Source: Candidatus Borrarchaeum weybense
GTDB taxonomy: Archaea; Asgardarchaeota; Sifarchaeia; Borrarchaeales; Borrarchaeaceae
NCBI GenBank assembly: GCA_019057385.1
Contig: JAHQJS010000004.1
Span: forward strand, 320,001-384,000
Direction of reading: 5' to 3'
DNA length: 64,000 nucleotides
Numbering within the stretch: position 1 is the first letter of the stretch; each line of letters begins with the position of its first letter. Position numbers and translations under genes: made by a program. The notes beneath the pieces were generated by a model. It ran no database searches, was not told where the DNA came from, and saw only the letters and a list, made by a program, of their open reading frames with translations. Below, piece by piece: positions 29,282-37,507 of the stretch.

Positions 29282-29407
29282 TTATACTAGAAAAAGAAGA
29301 ATTAATTGTAGTTCCCAGAGAACATCATCAATTTGATCTTCGCTTAAAGTCTTAGTGGATACCTTGTCAGCGAATCCTGTGAGACTCTTTTTTAACTTTT
29401 CAAACAT
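29282..29407 (-). pseudogene. Stranded original 5' end of ftsY (41 codons)
   Basis: MFEKLKKSLTGFADKVSTKTLSEDQIDDVLWELQLILLFLV*; 23/38 aa identical to the FtsY N-terminus; directly downstream of pfdA. Confidence 0.9.
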
Positions 29408-29469
29408 CTTAATTTCTCTCTATGAAGGTCACTTAAACAGTAATTGTTCAGAAAAAAGTAATATTGATG

Positions 29470-29895
29470 CTATTTTTGTTGCATCTTATTGTAAGTTTCT
29501 TGTACAGTAGCCCGAAGTTCTTCTATTCTCTGGAGAGTGGTTCCCAACTGGTTTTGGAGTGTTGTGGAAATTCCTCGTAGTTCTTGTAATCGTTCAGCAA
29601 GTTTTTCTTGAGCGTTCTCTATACTCGTTTCAATAACTACATCACTACCTATCCCTAGAATAACCTTTTGTACGTTTGCAAGTGTTGCAAAAACAAATGA
29701 ATTCGATCCAATAGGTAAAAGGACCTCTTGACCTTCTTCTGCTTTAGTGATTCCATCAAGTGTGACACCTGTAATTGTAATCTGATTAATTTGAGCTTCA
29801 ACAGCTTCGACATTAGTTCTTAATACATCTGCATTAGCTTGTTGATGATTGAGTTCGTGAACCATCTGTTCAATCTTTTTTTGTTCTTCAGCCAT
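29470..29895 (-). CDS. pfdA: Prefoldin subunit alpha
   Basis: Coiled coils flanking EVLLPIGSNSFV..VILGIGSDVVIE. Confidence 0.92.
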   Translation of the reverse strand: MAEEQKKIEQMVHELNHQQANADVLRTNVEAVEAQINQITITGVTLDGITKAEEGQEVLLPIGSNSFVFATLANVQKVILGIGSDVVIETSIENAQEKLAERLQELRGISTTLQNQLGTTLQRIEELRATVQETYNKMQQK

Positions 29896-29921
29896 TCTTT
29901 ATGCCTCCCTTGGCAAATTAT

Positions 29922-30158
29922 TTATATTCGTGATAATTCAGAAGTAAGGCTCTTCAGTACAGGATCGGTAATATCTTCATCTTGAATTTGTGAAATTTCA
30001 GTTATTTTTATGAATTTTCTTGGAACTTTGTGTTTACTCCCTATAAGGGATAAAACGTTTTCAATTGCATGGGTTTCTTTTAGGGCTTTGATCTCTTTGG
30101 CGAATGGGATCTTTTTACTCTTTGCTCTATAGACGCCCTTAATCCGAAATACTGACAA
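29922..30158 (-). CDS. rpl18a: 50S ribosomal protein L18Ae (LX/eL20)
   Basis: FRIKG..FAKEIKA..AIE..S.IGSKHKVPRKFIKI; probable TTG start. Confidence 0.88.
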   Translation of the reverse strand: MSVFRIKGVYRAKSKKIPFAKEIKALKETHAIENVLSLIGSKHKVPRKFIKITEISQIQDEDITDPVLKSLTSELSRI

Positions 30159-30404
30159 TAAAAACACCTCTATTTTCAGTGAAACCTTTTGTGCACATCT
30201 TAACATATTATCTTTTAACCTTTTACATTTGGGTTGAGAATTTTTGCTTTGTAAAAAAACTCTTGCTGTGAAAATTGGTTTTTAAATTGCACAATGAAAA
30301 GCTTAATAATTTTTATCCTAGCAAGGTCATTCATCTTGCAAAGACTTCGTTCTGAGTGATATTTATCTGGCGAGAGTCCTTTCTGAGAGTAAAATGGATT
30401 AACA

Positions 30405-31085
30405 GTGTACCTGGTGAACTGTGTGGTTATTGTTCAGAATAACTTTAATGGAATCGCCTCAGTCGGCATAATCTCACTGGCTACTGATAGTTATGTATTG
30501 GTTCCAAGAAACCTTCCAAAAAGAGTAGTCAATAAGCTACATGAGGTATTTGCTGCGCCAATTATCAAAACTTCAATTTATCAATCGCATCTAATTGGAA
30601 TATTAGCCGCTGGTAATAAATTTGGTCTATTAACTCATTTTCTTTCTGATGATGATGAGATTGAATATCTTAAGAAGGAAATTGGTATCCCTGTTGAAAG
30701 AATGAAAAGTAAACTAACTGTCGGAAATTGCATTCTTGCTAATGACAAAGGCGCAATTGCTGCGGATGAATTTGGTAAAGAAGACATTAAGCAAATCACT
30801 GATATTCTCAATGTAGAAGTTTTGCAAGGAAAGATCGTCAATTCATCTTTAATCGGATCACTTGGAGCAGCAAGTAATGAAGGCGCTATGGTGCACCCAT
30901 TAGCTACCGAAAAGGAATTAGAATGGATTAGCGAAGGCTTGAAAGTACATTCTGATATTGGGACCGTTAACAGAGGTGTTCCATATGTCTCAACAGGAAT
31001 CTTAGTTAATTCACAGGGGTGCGTTACAGGCGAAGAGACTACAGGTCCTGAATTAGTAAGAATCTCACAAACATTCGCACTTTAA
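30405..31085 (+). CDS. eif6: Translation initiation factor 6 (inverted relative to neighbours)
   Basis: GNCILANDKGA, GAMVHP, GTVNRGVPYV, TTGPELVRI; start may be GTG ~30423. Confidence 0.93.
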   Translation: MYLVNCVVIVQNNFNGIASVGIISLATDSYVLVPRNLPKRVVNKLHEVFAAPIIKTSIYQSHLIGILAAGNKFGLLTHFLSDDDEIEYLKKEIGIPVERMKSKLTVGNCILANDKGAIAADEFGKEDIKQITDILNVEVLQGKIVNSSLIGSLGAASNEGAMVHPLATEKELEWISEGLKVHSDIGTVNRGVPYVSTGILVNSQGCVTGEETTGPELVRISQTFAL

Positions 31086-31167
31086 ACTCTTATTTATTAT
31101 TGAGTATATAGTAATTACATTAATTTTTGAAAAAACAAAAAGAGAAATATCTATTGAAATAAAATGT

Positions 31168-31455
31168 TCATTTTGCTAAGTAAACTTCACATATCCCTTC
31201 GGTGTCCTTCACTGCCCTAACTCTTATTTTTCTCGGAGGTTTTTCGATACCTCGCTTCCAAAGTTCTTCATTGAGTTCTGGATCAATTCGAATGTCAATA
31301 GGATTTACTTTCATATGACGTTCTATGTAGTGTTTCAGAATCTTTATCGCACGAACTGTGCGTTTATGCCGTGGGGCGTGCTTTACGTCACGAAATGGAA
31401 TAGTATATAACTCTTCTTTTTCAATTTCTTCATCTAATATTTCTTCATCTGACAT
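31168..31455 (-). CDS. rpl31e: 50S ribosomal protein L31e
   Basis: YTIP, LNEELWKRGIEKPPRKIRVR. Confidence 0.95.
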   Translation of the reverse strand: MSDEEILDEEIEKEELYTIPFRDVKHAPRHKRTVRAIKILKHYIERHMKVNPIDIRIDPELNEELWKRGIEKPPRKIRVRAVKDTEGICEVYLAK

Positions 31456-31476
31456 TTCGTTTACGCATCCTTTCTA

Positions 31477-31632
31477 CTATTTCTTTAAGCGTGTACGTCG
31501 CCAATGCCTACTTTTAGGATGTGTACGCACTCTTCTTCGAGTTCTAACAACTATCCATGCAGGAACGCTTCTTGATTGCTTCAGTGCTTTTCCTAGTCGC
31601 AATTTTTTTCCTAAAGGTTTATATCGTGCCAA
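31477..31632 (-). CDS. rpl39e: 50S ribosomal protein L39e (not in ORF track)
   Basis: TTG start, [39 protein letters not shown]. Confidence 0.92.
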   Translation of the reverse strand: MARYKPLGKKLRLGKALKQSRSVPAWIVVRTRRRVRTHPKSRHWRRTRLKK

Positions 31633-31645
31633 TGACAAGAATCTC

Positions 31646-31990
31646 CTATTTTCGTGTGATTTTAATATCTCTTTGTTTATCAGTCAATCTTCGTAAAATG
31701 GTTTTTAATTGGTCATCAGTTAATACATTGCCAAGTCGTCCAGCTTGTGCAAGTTGAATTAATTGAAGTTCAACCGCTTCAGCCAATTCGGGTTTTACAA
31801 TTTTTATTCGATTCAATCGTTCTCTTGCTTCAGGAGTCAATATCTGTCGGAGTATTGCTTGTTTCTGGGCTTCTAGTTCCTGTTGCATTTGTGCTTGTCG
31901 TTCTTGTTCTCCTTGTTGCTGTTGTAACTCAAGCATACGTCTTTTCTTTAATTCTTCAAGTTCTTCATCCGACAAGGTTTTTCCCTCCAA
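31646..31990 (-). CDS. PDCD5-family DNA-binding protein
   Basis: [28 protein letters not shown]. Confidence 0.93.
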   Translation of the reverse strand: MEGKTLSDEELEELKKRRMLELQQQQGEQERQAQMQQELEAQKQAILRQILTPEARERLNRIKIVKPELAEAVELQLIQLAQAGRLGNVLTDDQLKTILRRLTDKQRDIKITRK

Positions 31991-32005
31991 GTTAAAAAAT
32001 CATTC

Positions 32006-32437
32006 TTACTTTTTTAATTGCTTTAAAATCTTGTTAGCAGCACGATCCATAAAAGAACGACCTTTAGCCGATAATGTTCGGCCAGAAGTATCATTTGGCT
32101 TCTCAATAAAACCTAACGCCTCTAATTGTTGTAAACCTAATCTAATTATCTTCCCAGCGCCTTTTCTAAAATGCTCTCTTCTATTGCCTTTGCGTAGTCT
32201 TCCTCCATACTTTATTCGAAGACGATTGACTCCAATTGGGCCATTAATATATACTTTACGTAGCAGGCTAGCTAGCCTGACATACCACCAATTAGGATTG
32301 GTCGGTGCCTTCTCCCGAAAGACGCCAGTTTTAACAAAGGACGCCCATGCTGGAGGTTTAAGCTCATCTATGTTCTTAAGTTCACTCGCAACTTCTTTAT
32401 TTAGTATAGCCGCTGGCACTTCATAAATGGTAACCAT
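32006..32437 (-). CDS. rps19e: 30S ribosomal protein S19e
   Basis: PAWASFVKTG, WWYVRLASLLRKVY, GPIGVNRLR..YGG. Confidence 0.95.
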   Translation of the reverse strand: MVTIYEVPAAILNKEVASELKNIDELKPPAWASFVKTGVFREKAPTNPNWWYVRLASLLRKVYINGPIGVNRLRIKYGGRLRKGNRREHFRKGAGKIIRLGLQQLEALGFIEKPNDTSGRTLSAKGRSFMDRAANKILKQLKK

Positions 32438-32821
32438 GAAACATCTCACCGATACGAGATTTTGTTCCTCTATTCTAGTATTTTCGATACTAGACTTAAT
32501 TCATTTATAAACATTTGCCAGTTGTCAATTTGAGCCTTATTTTTTCCCTTTATCTCTAAAGAGAAGAAAAAGGAAACCAATATCATCTTTCTTAAATTCC
32601 CAATTTAAATAAACTATCCTTTTCGTTATACAACAAGACCAAGACTGTAAATAAAATTGCGAGATTTTTGCGAAAAATAAGAATTGATTCTTTAATATCT
32701 GTATAGACTATTTATTTTGCTTAGAATCAAAAATTCAAAAAAAGGATAAAAAAAGTGAAAGATTTGATATTTTGAGATTTCTTATAAAGGTTGTTCTTTT
32801 ATGGGGTTGGAACACTATTAT

Positions 32822-34393
32822 TTAACCTAACTGTGCTTTGAGCTCTGCAATCTCCTTCTTCAGGCGTGCAACTAAATCTGAGTGCTTCTCCTCGGAGATT
32901 TTTCCATCAAGGAGCAGATCATCTGCTTTTTCTATTCTTTCTTGACGCTCTTTTATCTCATTTTTAATTTTACCTGTATCAGTAGACGTGGTTGGAATCG
33001 TTGATGGCCCTGCGACTGGAACAACACCAGCTCCGGTGACTATTGTTGGGGATGCATCAATTGAGACACCTTTCTTACCTAGTTCACGATATCCTTCAGC
33101 TTTTACAAGATCCTCAACACTTATGCCCGCTTCTTTGGCTCGTAAATACAACTCTGCGTCAATACCTTTCATTGTAGCGTACTTTTCAGCTTCTATTCGT
33201 GCAAGTGCTTCATCTTCAGCAGTTGATGAGAGTGCTTCATATTTTGCTTTCATAGCTTCTAATTCTGCTAGTTTTAACTCCTTTTCTTTTTCAAGCATCG
33301 CAAGTTCTGTTTCGGAACTTATCATTTTCGCCTTGGCAGTTTTTTGTATAACTAATTCTTCGTATTCTTCAGCTCCAGCGATGGTTGCTATTTCAAGTCG
33401 CGCTAACTGGACTCCCCAATCGCCAAATGTATTCTCAGCGATTACTTTTGCTTTAGTGGAAATACCTTCGCGATTTGAAAACACATCTTCTAATGGATAG
33501 GTGGATAATGTTTGCGTTACGATTCCTCTCATGGAGTCTTTTGCCCAGTTATCAAATTCATCAGGCGCTAATTTCTCCTTACCACCAATAAAGTTTTGAA
33601 CGAGGCGTTTAGGGTCACTAATTTTGATGTACGCCGTGCCTGAGGCTCCGATCTTTATCTTATCTTGTGTATAGATACGTTTAGGAACTCCCCAGGGAAT
33701 TTTATATTCACGTGTATTTACCCATACGACTTCAGTGCCAACTAGTGCACTGTAGAGTTTTCGTACATCCATTCCGCTGAAGATTTTGTGAAGTAGTCCT
33801 TTAGAATCCTCTTTTCTCCACGCTTTGTCCATTTTCCCTGAAGCTTCTAATTCTTGCGCACGTTCTCTCGCTTTTTCTTCAATTTTTCTCTCTTCTTCTG
33901 GTATTAAATCATATACCCCTGCGCTTAATTCTCCTATCAAAGCTCCCTGTTTATAGAACAATGCTTTTTCATACGATCGTACAACAAATCCTCGAATGGG
34001 TTCCTGAAGTCTCGCATCATATCCACACTTCTTGCAGAAAGGCTGACCTGCTTTAATTGTAGAAACTCGTTCGGTAGGTATATCTGCACCACATTTTCTA
34101 CAGAATTGTTGTCCTTTATTTGCAAGTGTTCCACATTTTGGACATTTCCTTGCTTCTGCTAGTTTTCTACATCCCGGACAGTGCATATCATAAATTGGCG
34201 GAGCATTCATAATATCTTCATATGTAAGTCGATGTATTATTCCAGGATATACTTGGTGGTTCCAAATGTAGGTATATCGATCTCTACCCCATTCTTTTTC
34301 AATTACCTCATCAGCGTCTAATCCTTTGTCTGCTACTCTTTTAACATCCTTGTCCACTTTTCTGGTTCTAAACCATTCTTTAATCGACGACAT
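32822..34393 (-). CDS. Zn-ribbon + SPFH/band-7 domain protein with coiled coil
   Basis: Multiple CxxC pairs; VVRSYEKALFYKQG..G.Y, WG, SGTAYIKISDP, WGVQLARLEI. Confidence 0.75.
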   Translation of the reverse strand: MSSIKEWFRTRKVDKDVKRVADKGLDADEVIEKEWGRDRYTYIWNHQVYPGIIHRLTYEDIMNAPPIYDMHCPGCRKLAEARKCPKCGTLANKGQQFCRKCGADIPTERVSTIKAGQPFCKKCGYDARLQEPIRGFVVRSYEKALFYKQGALIGELSAGVYDLIPEEERKIEEKARERAQELEASGKMDKAWRKEDSKGLLHKIFSGMDVRKLYSALVGTEVVWVNTREYKIPWGVPKRIYTQDKIKIGASGTAYIKISDPKRLVQNFIGGKEKLAPDEFDNWAKDSMRGIVTQTLSTYPLEDVFSNREGISTKAKVIAENTFGDWGVQLARLEIATIAGAEEYEELVIQKTAKAKMISSETELAMLEKEKELKLAELEAMKAKYEALSSTAEDEALARIEAEKYATMKGIDAELYLRAKEAGISVEDLVKAEGYRELGKKGVSIDASPTIVTGAGVVPVAGPSTIPTTSTDTGKIKNEIKERQERIEKADDLLLDGKISEEKHSDLVARLKKEIAELKAQLG

Positions 34394-34410
34394 TTCTCTC
34401 CATCCTCTCC

Positions 34411-35571
34411 TTATCCTTTATATAGGCTTGGTACATACCAAGCAGTGCCTCCCGCATAACTAGAATCACGTCGGGTAACTCCTTCTTGCTCAAGTGTTTG
34501 TAAAGCTCGCATTACACGTTCATTGTCCCATTGTGTTTTTACCAACAAATCTTCAAGGGAAATATATCCATTTGAGGTTGCAGCAAGCTCAAGTACTGTT
34601 CGTGAATCTTCTGTCATGCCAACTGGCACAAATTCGATTAGTTTTAAGCCTGAAGGTAATACATGTATATCAGCTATCATTCCTGATTTATCTAATTTCT
34701 TAACTGCTTTTTCGACATCATTTACATTGAATTCTATGTCTAATCTACGTTCACGCATTTTCATGTAGAGATCTGCGAGCGAACAGATGCCTCCTGTTTC
34801 ATTTTTGATCATATCTTTGAGTTTAAGAATTTCTTCTCCAAGTTTCTCATAGTAGTCGCCTTTGCCAAAAAGTCGTGGTTTTTTCGCTTTTTCGTCTTCC
34901 ATTGCTTTTCTAACATCACTGACTTTATCCTTTTCTCGATGTCTCATTTGCCATAGTTTTTCGTCAAGAATTTCTTCTATATTTTTGTATACACCATGCC
35001 ATCTACCAGGTATTGCTTGGTAAATGTGATCTGCTGGGGTCACACCTAACAATAAATCATTCCTCTTTTTGAAAAGACTCACTACATCATCCATATCACT
35101 CTTTATTTCTCTTAGAGCTTTCTTAGCGTCTTCAGCATTACCATCTTCTACCTTAGGAAGTAAAGTTTCTCGTAATATTTCAGCCATTGCATCCACTTCA
35201 AATAACGTAAGCATATCTATCCCAACAAGGTTTTTGAACGTATCTGATTCTAACGTAACATCAAACTTTGTTGGCCCTTCAGCAATTTTGCTTTGTTTTT
35301 GGAGTTTTTCAAATTCGAAAATGGGAGCCATCAACTCAACGTCTTGTTGAAATCTGTTCAATTTCTTCCTTAATCTTTCGCCTAACTTTAATACATCATC
35401 GTTACCTATGTCAACCGAAGCTTTCTGGATCTCTCCTAATAACTCATCTGAGTTTGTTAGACTATTTAACATCTTTTCTTTTAAGACACGATCATAATTT
35501 TCTCGCATCTCTTTCCTCCAACCAGGCTTAATCCATTTGAAATAATTCTTAATTTTTCTAAGCCTTTCCAT
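34411..35571 (-). CDS. ESCRT-II Vps22/Vps36 (EAP30)-like protein with N-terminal helical extension
   Basis: GDYYEKLG, GGICSLADL, DVEKAVKKL, VP..M..D..TVLELA, W..ER..AL..L..EG, WYVPSL tandem winged-helix pattern. Confidence 0.8.
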   Translation of the reverse strand: MERLRKIKNYFKWIKPGWRKEMRENYDRVLKEKMLNSLTNSDELLGEIQKASVDIGNDDVLKLGERLRKKLNRFQQDVELMAPIFEFEKLQKQSKIAEGPTKFDVTLESDTFKNLVGIDMLTLFEVDAMAEILRETLLPKVEDGNAEDAKKALREIKSDMDDVVSLFKKRNDLLLGVTPADHIYQAIPGRWHGVYKNIEEILDEKLWQMRHREKDKVSDVRKAMEDEKAKKPRLFGKGDYYEKLGEEILKLKDMIKNETGGICSLADLYMKMRERRLDIEFNVNDVEKAVKKLDKSGMIADIHVLPSGLKLIEFVPVGMTEDSRTVLELAATSNGYISLEDLLVKTQWDNERVMRALQTLEQEGVTRRDSSYAGGTAWYVPSLYKG

Positions 35572-35604
35572 GGGTCACACTCCTTTTTTTCATTTTTTTT
35601 CTAT

Positions 35605-37092
35605 TTAAACCGACTTTTGTCTTTCAAGTTTCATACTTAATGTGCTTCCACACGTTGGACACTTGAATTTCTCGGGCCCTACCCAATCTACGCTTTCCTC
35701 GCTCAAAGGCGCACCACATTCTGAACAGGTAGTGGGAACGGTCTTTATTAGTACTACTTCTTCTTTCTTCTCGATGATTCTCTCCTTAATGATCATTCCA
35801 GTTGGTTTGGAATTATTCCCTCCCGAAACTGCAGCTGCAGCTGTAACTGGATCTACGATATCCATATACGCTCTACCAATCTCAATAGTAAGAAGTTCGC
35901 TGTAAATAGCAAATTTTTGAGATTTAAAGATTTTCGGGGCATTAAAAAGAATCTCAGTGGGATTCAAAGAATATAATCCACCAATTGTTGGTGTAACTTT
36001 AAAATCAACAGCTCTATACGTTCCAGGACGAATTCTTTCTATTTGCTTCCCATTACCATTTCCCACTTCAAACTCAGATGGGAAATCTGTTTTGACCTCA
36101 ATATTAGTAACTTCGAAATCAGATTTATTACGGATATCTACCGAAATAAGCCCTTCATGGTCAATATATAACGCCTTAGCTTCTCTTTCTATCTCAATGT
36201 TAGGTAAGACGAACACTGGCGTGAGATTGACATCTGTAGATGTTGGTTGAAAGTTCCCTGCAGTTATTGTTGCTTGTGCACGTATCGCAAATACACCAAC
36301 ATCACCTGAAGGCAGCTCTAAATCTATCTGTTTACTTTCATCTTTCTTTAATGCAACTGAAATGTCTTCATTCAAAACAGGAAAGTGTAATTTAAACTCA
36401 GTAGGTAATTTTGCTGTAATAGTCAAAGTAAGTGGGATCTTATTTCCAACTCTAATTGCTTCAACAGTTTCAACATTTATACTTGGTAATACCCTGAGAA
36501 TGGGAATTCCCATTCTGTTACAAACCGGGCAACCAGTGTTCACCAAATTTCTGTTACATAATACTGGATGGGCTCCAGCTTGAACCAGTTTCTTCTTGTT
36601 CAGTTGATTGAAGACGTCAGCCAGGGTATCTTCAACGATTTTTGGCTTTGATTTTGCAGATTCCCACCCACAAGCTACACACATCACTTTATAATCAGGA
36701 GCATCTGAGTCAAAGACGCCTCCTTTTTGAAATTGCGTAAGAACCAGTTGCTTACCACATTGGGGACACAAGGAGTTTAATATAGACTGACATTTAGCAT
36801 TAGGTGGCGCTGATTGGAATCCTATTCCACAGGACGGACAGAATGAAATTTTTTTCGATGCACAGTGTTTGCAAAACACGCCGTGTTCAGGACAGTAAAA
36901 GTTAGCGAATTTACCGCAGTGTACGCAAATATAATTAGCTAATTTTTCTTTTTTCTTACCTTCTTCTATAAGCAGCATTGAAGCCCTTGTTGTTGGAGTT
37001 GGTTTAGAGAGAGAAAATAGTGGTGAACCACAAAAAGTACAGAATCTTAGACCTTCTCTTAGTGTTCTTCTGCATCTAGGACATGCCGGCAA
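35605..37092 (-). CDS. Multi-Zn-finger protein with Ig/CARDB-like beta domains
   Basis: Many CxxC pairs incl. B-box-like C..C..H..C..C; beta-rich central region; C-terminal Zn ribbon. Confidence 0.6.
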   Translation of the reverse strand: MPACPRCRRTLREGLRFCTFCGSPLFSLSKPTPTTRASMLLIEEGKKKEKLANYICVHCGKFANFYCPEHGVFCKHCASKKISFCPSCGIGFQSAPPNAKCQSILNSLCPQCGKQLVLTQFQKGGVFDSDAPDYKVMCVACGWESAKSKPKIVEDTLADVFNQLNKKKLVQAGAHPVLCNRNLVNTGCPVCNRMGIPILRVLPSINVETVEAIRVGNKIPLTLTITAKLPTEFKLHFPVLNEDISVALKKDESKQIDLELPSGDVGVFAIRAQATITAGNFQPTSTDVNLTPVFVLPNIEIEREAKALYIDHEGLISVDIRNKSDFEVTNIEVKTDFPSEFEVGNGNGKQIERIRPGTYRAVDFKVTPTIGGLYSLNPTEILFNAPKIFKSQKFAIYSELLTIEIGRAYMDIVDPVTAAAAVSGGNNSKPTGMIIKERIIEKKEEVVLIKTVPTTCSECGAPLSEESVDWVGPEKFKCPTCGSTLSMKLERQKSV

Positions 37093-37507
37093 TATTCTAG
37101 TCCTCCAGCTTTTGTTAGTACCACTATTGTAGTACTACGTATAAACTGACTACCCGGTAGTATTTAAGATTTTTGAGAAAATTCTCCGCACTTTAATTTT
37201 AATTATCTCAATCTAGCGAAAAACATGTCCCGGTGAATATGTAGAATGTAACATCTATTACCAAGGATTTTATTGTACTTCACTTAATTTGCGGCAAATA
37301 ACTTAATGTTAGATTGCTTAACTGTCGAAACTATACCGATTTATTGACAGATGCGCTTTCGTCTTCAGAACTATCTAGTCAATTAGCTCGAAAAAATCTT
37401 TTCCAAAATTTTAGATGTTTATGTCGGACGCAACATTTCTATAGGAGTTATTCAACTCTTAAAATTAGAACTACTATAAAATCAAATATAAAAGAAATTT
37501 TGGAGAT

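Larger units (their letters stand above)
18827..29293. mobile_element. Integrative island inserted in ftsY, carrying a derived Cas1/Cas7/Cas5 module and guide-like RNAs
   Basis: Interrupts the conserved pfdA-ftsY linkage; bounded by two divergent copies of the ftsY 5' end; non-housekeeping gene content. Confidence 0.85.

Noticed and set aside
18822-29294. Terminal inverted repeats or target-site duplication at the island ends
   Set aside because: Only a weak AT-rich inverted similarity (~17/25) and a short CGCAAGT-N3-TGAC direct echo (~18993 and ~29253); not distinguishable from chance by eye.
32988-33500. Long antisense ORFs (e.g. 32988-33500, 59361-59909, 28512-28934, 32031-32426)
   Set aside because: Shadows of well-supported genes on the opposite strand, with no motifs.
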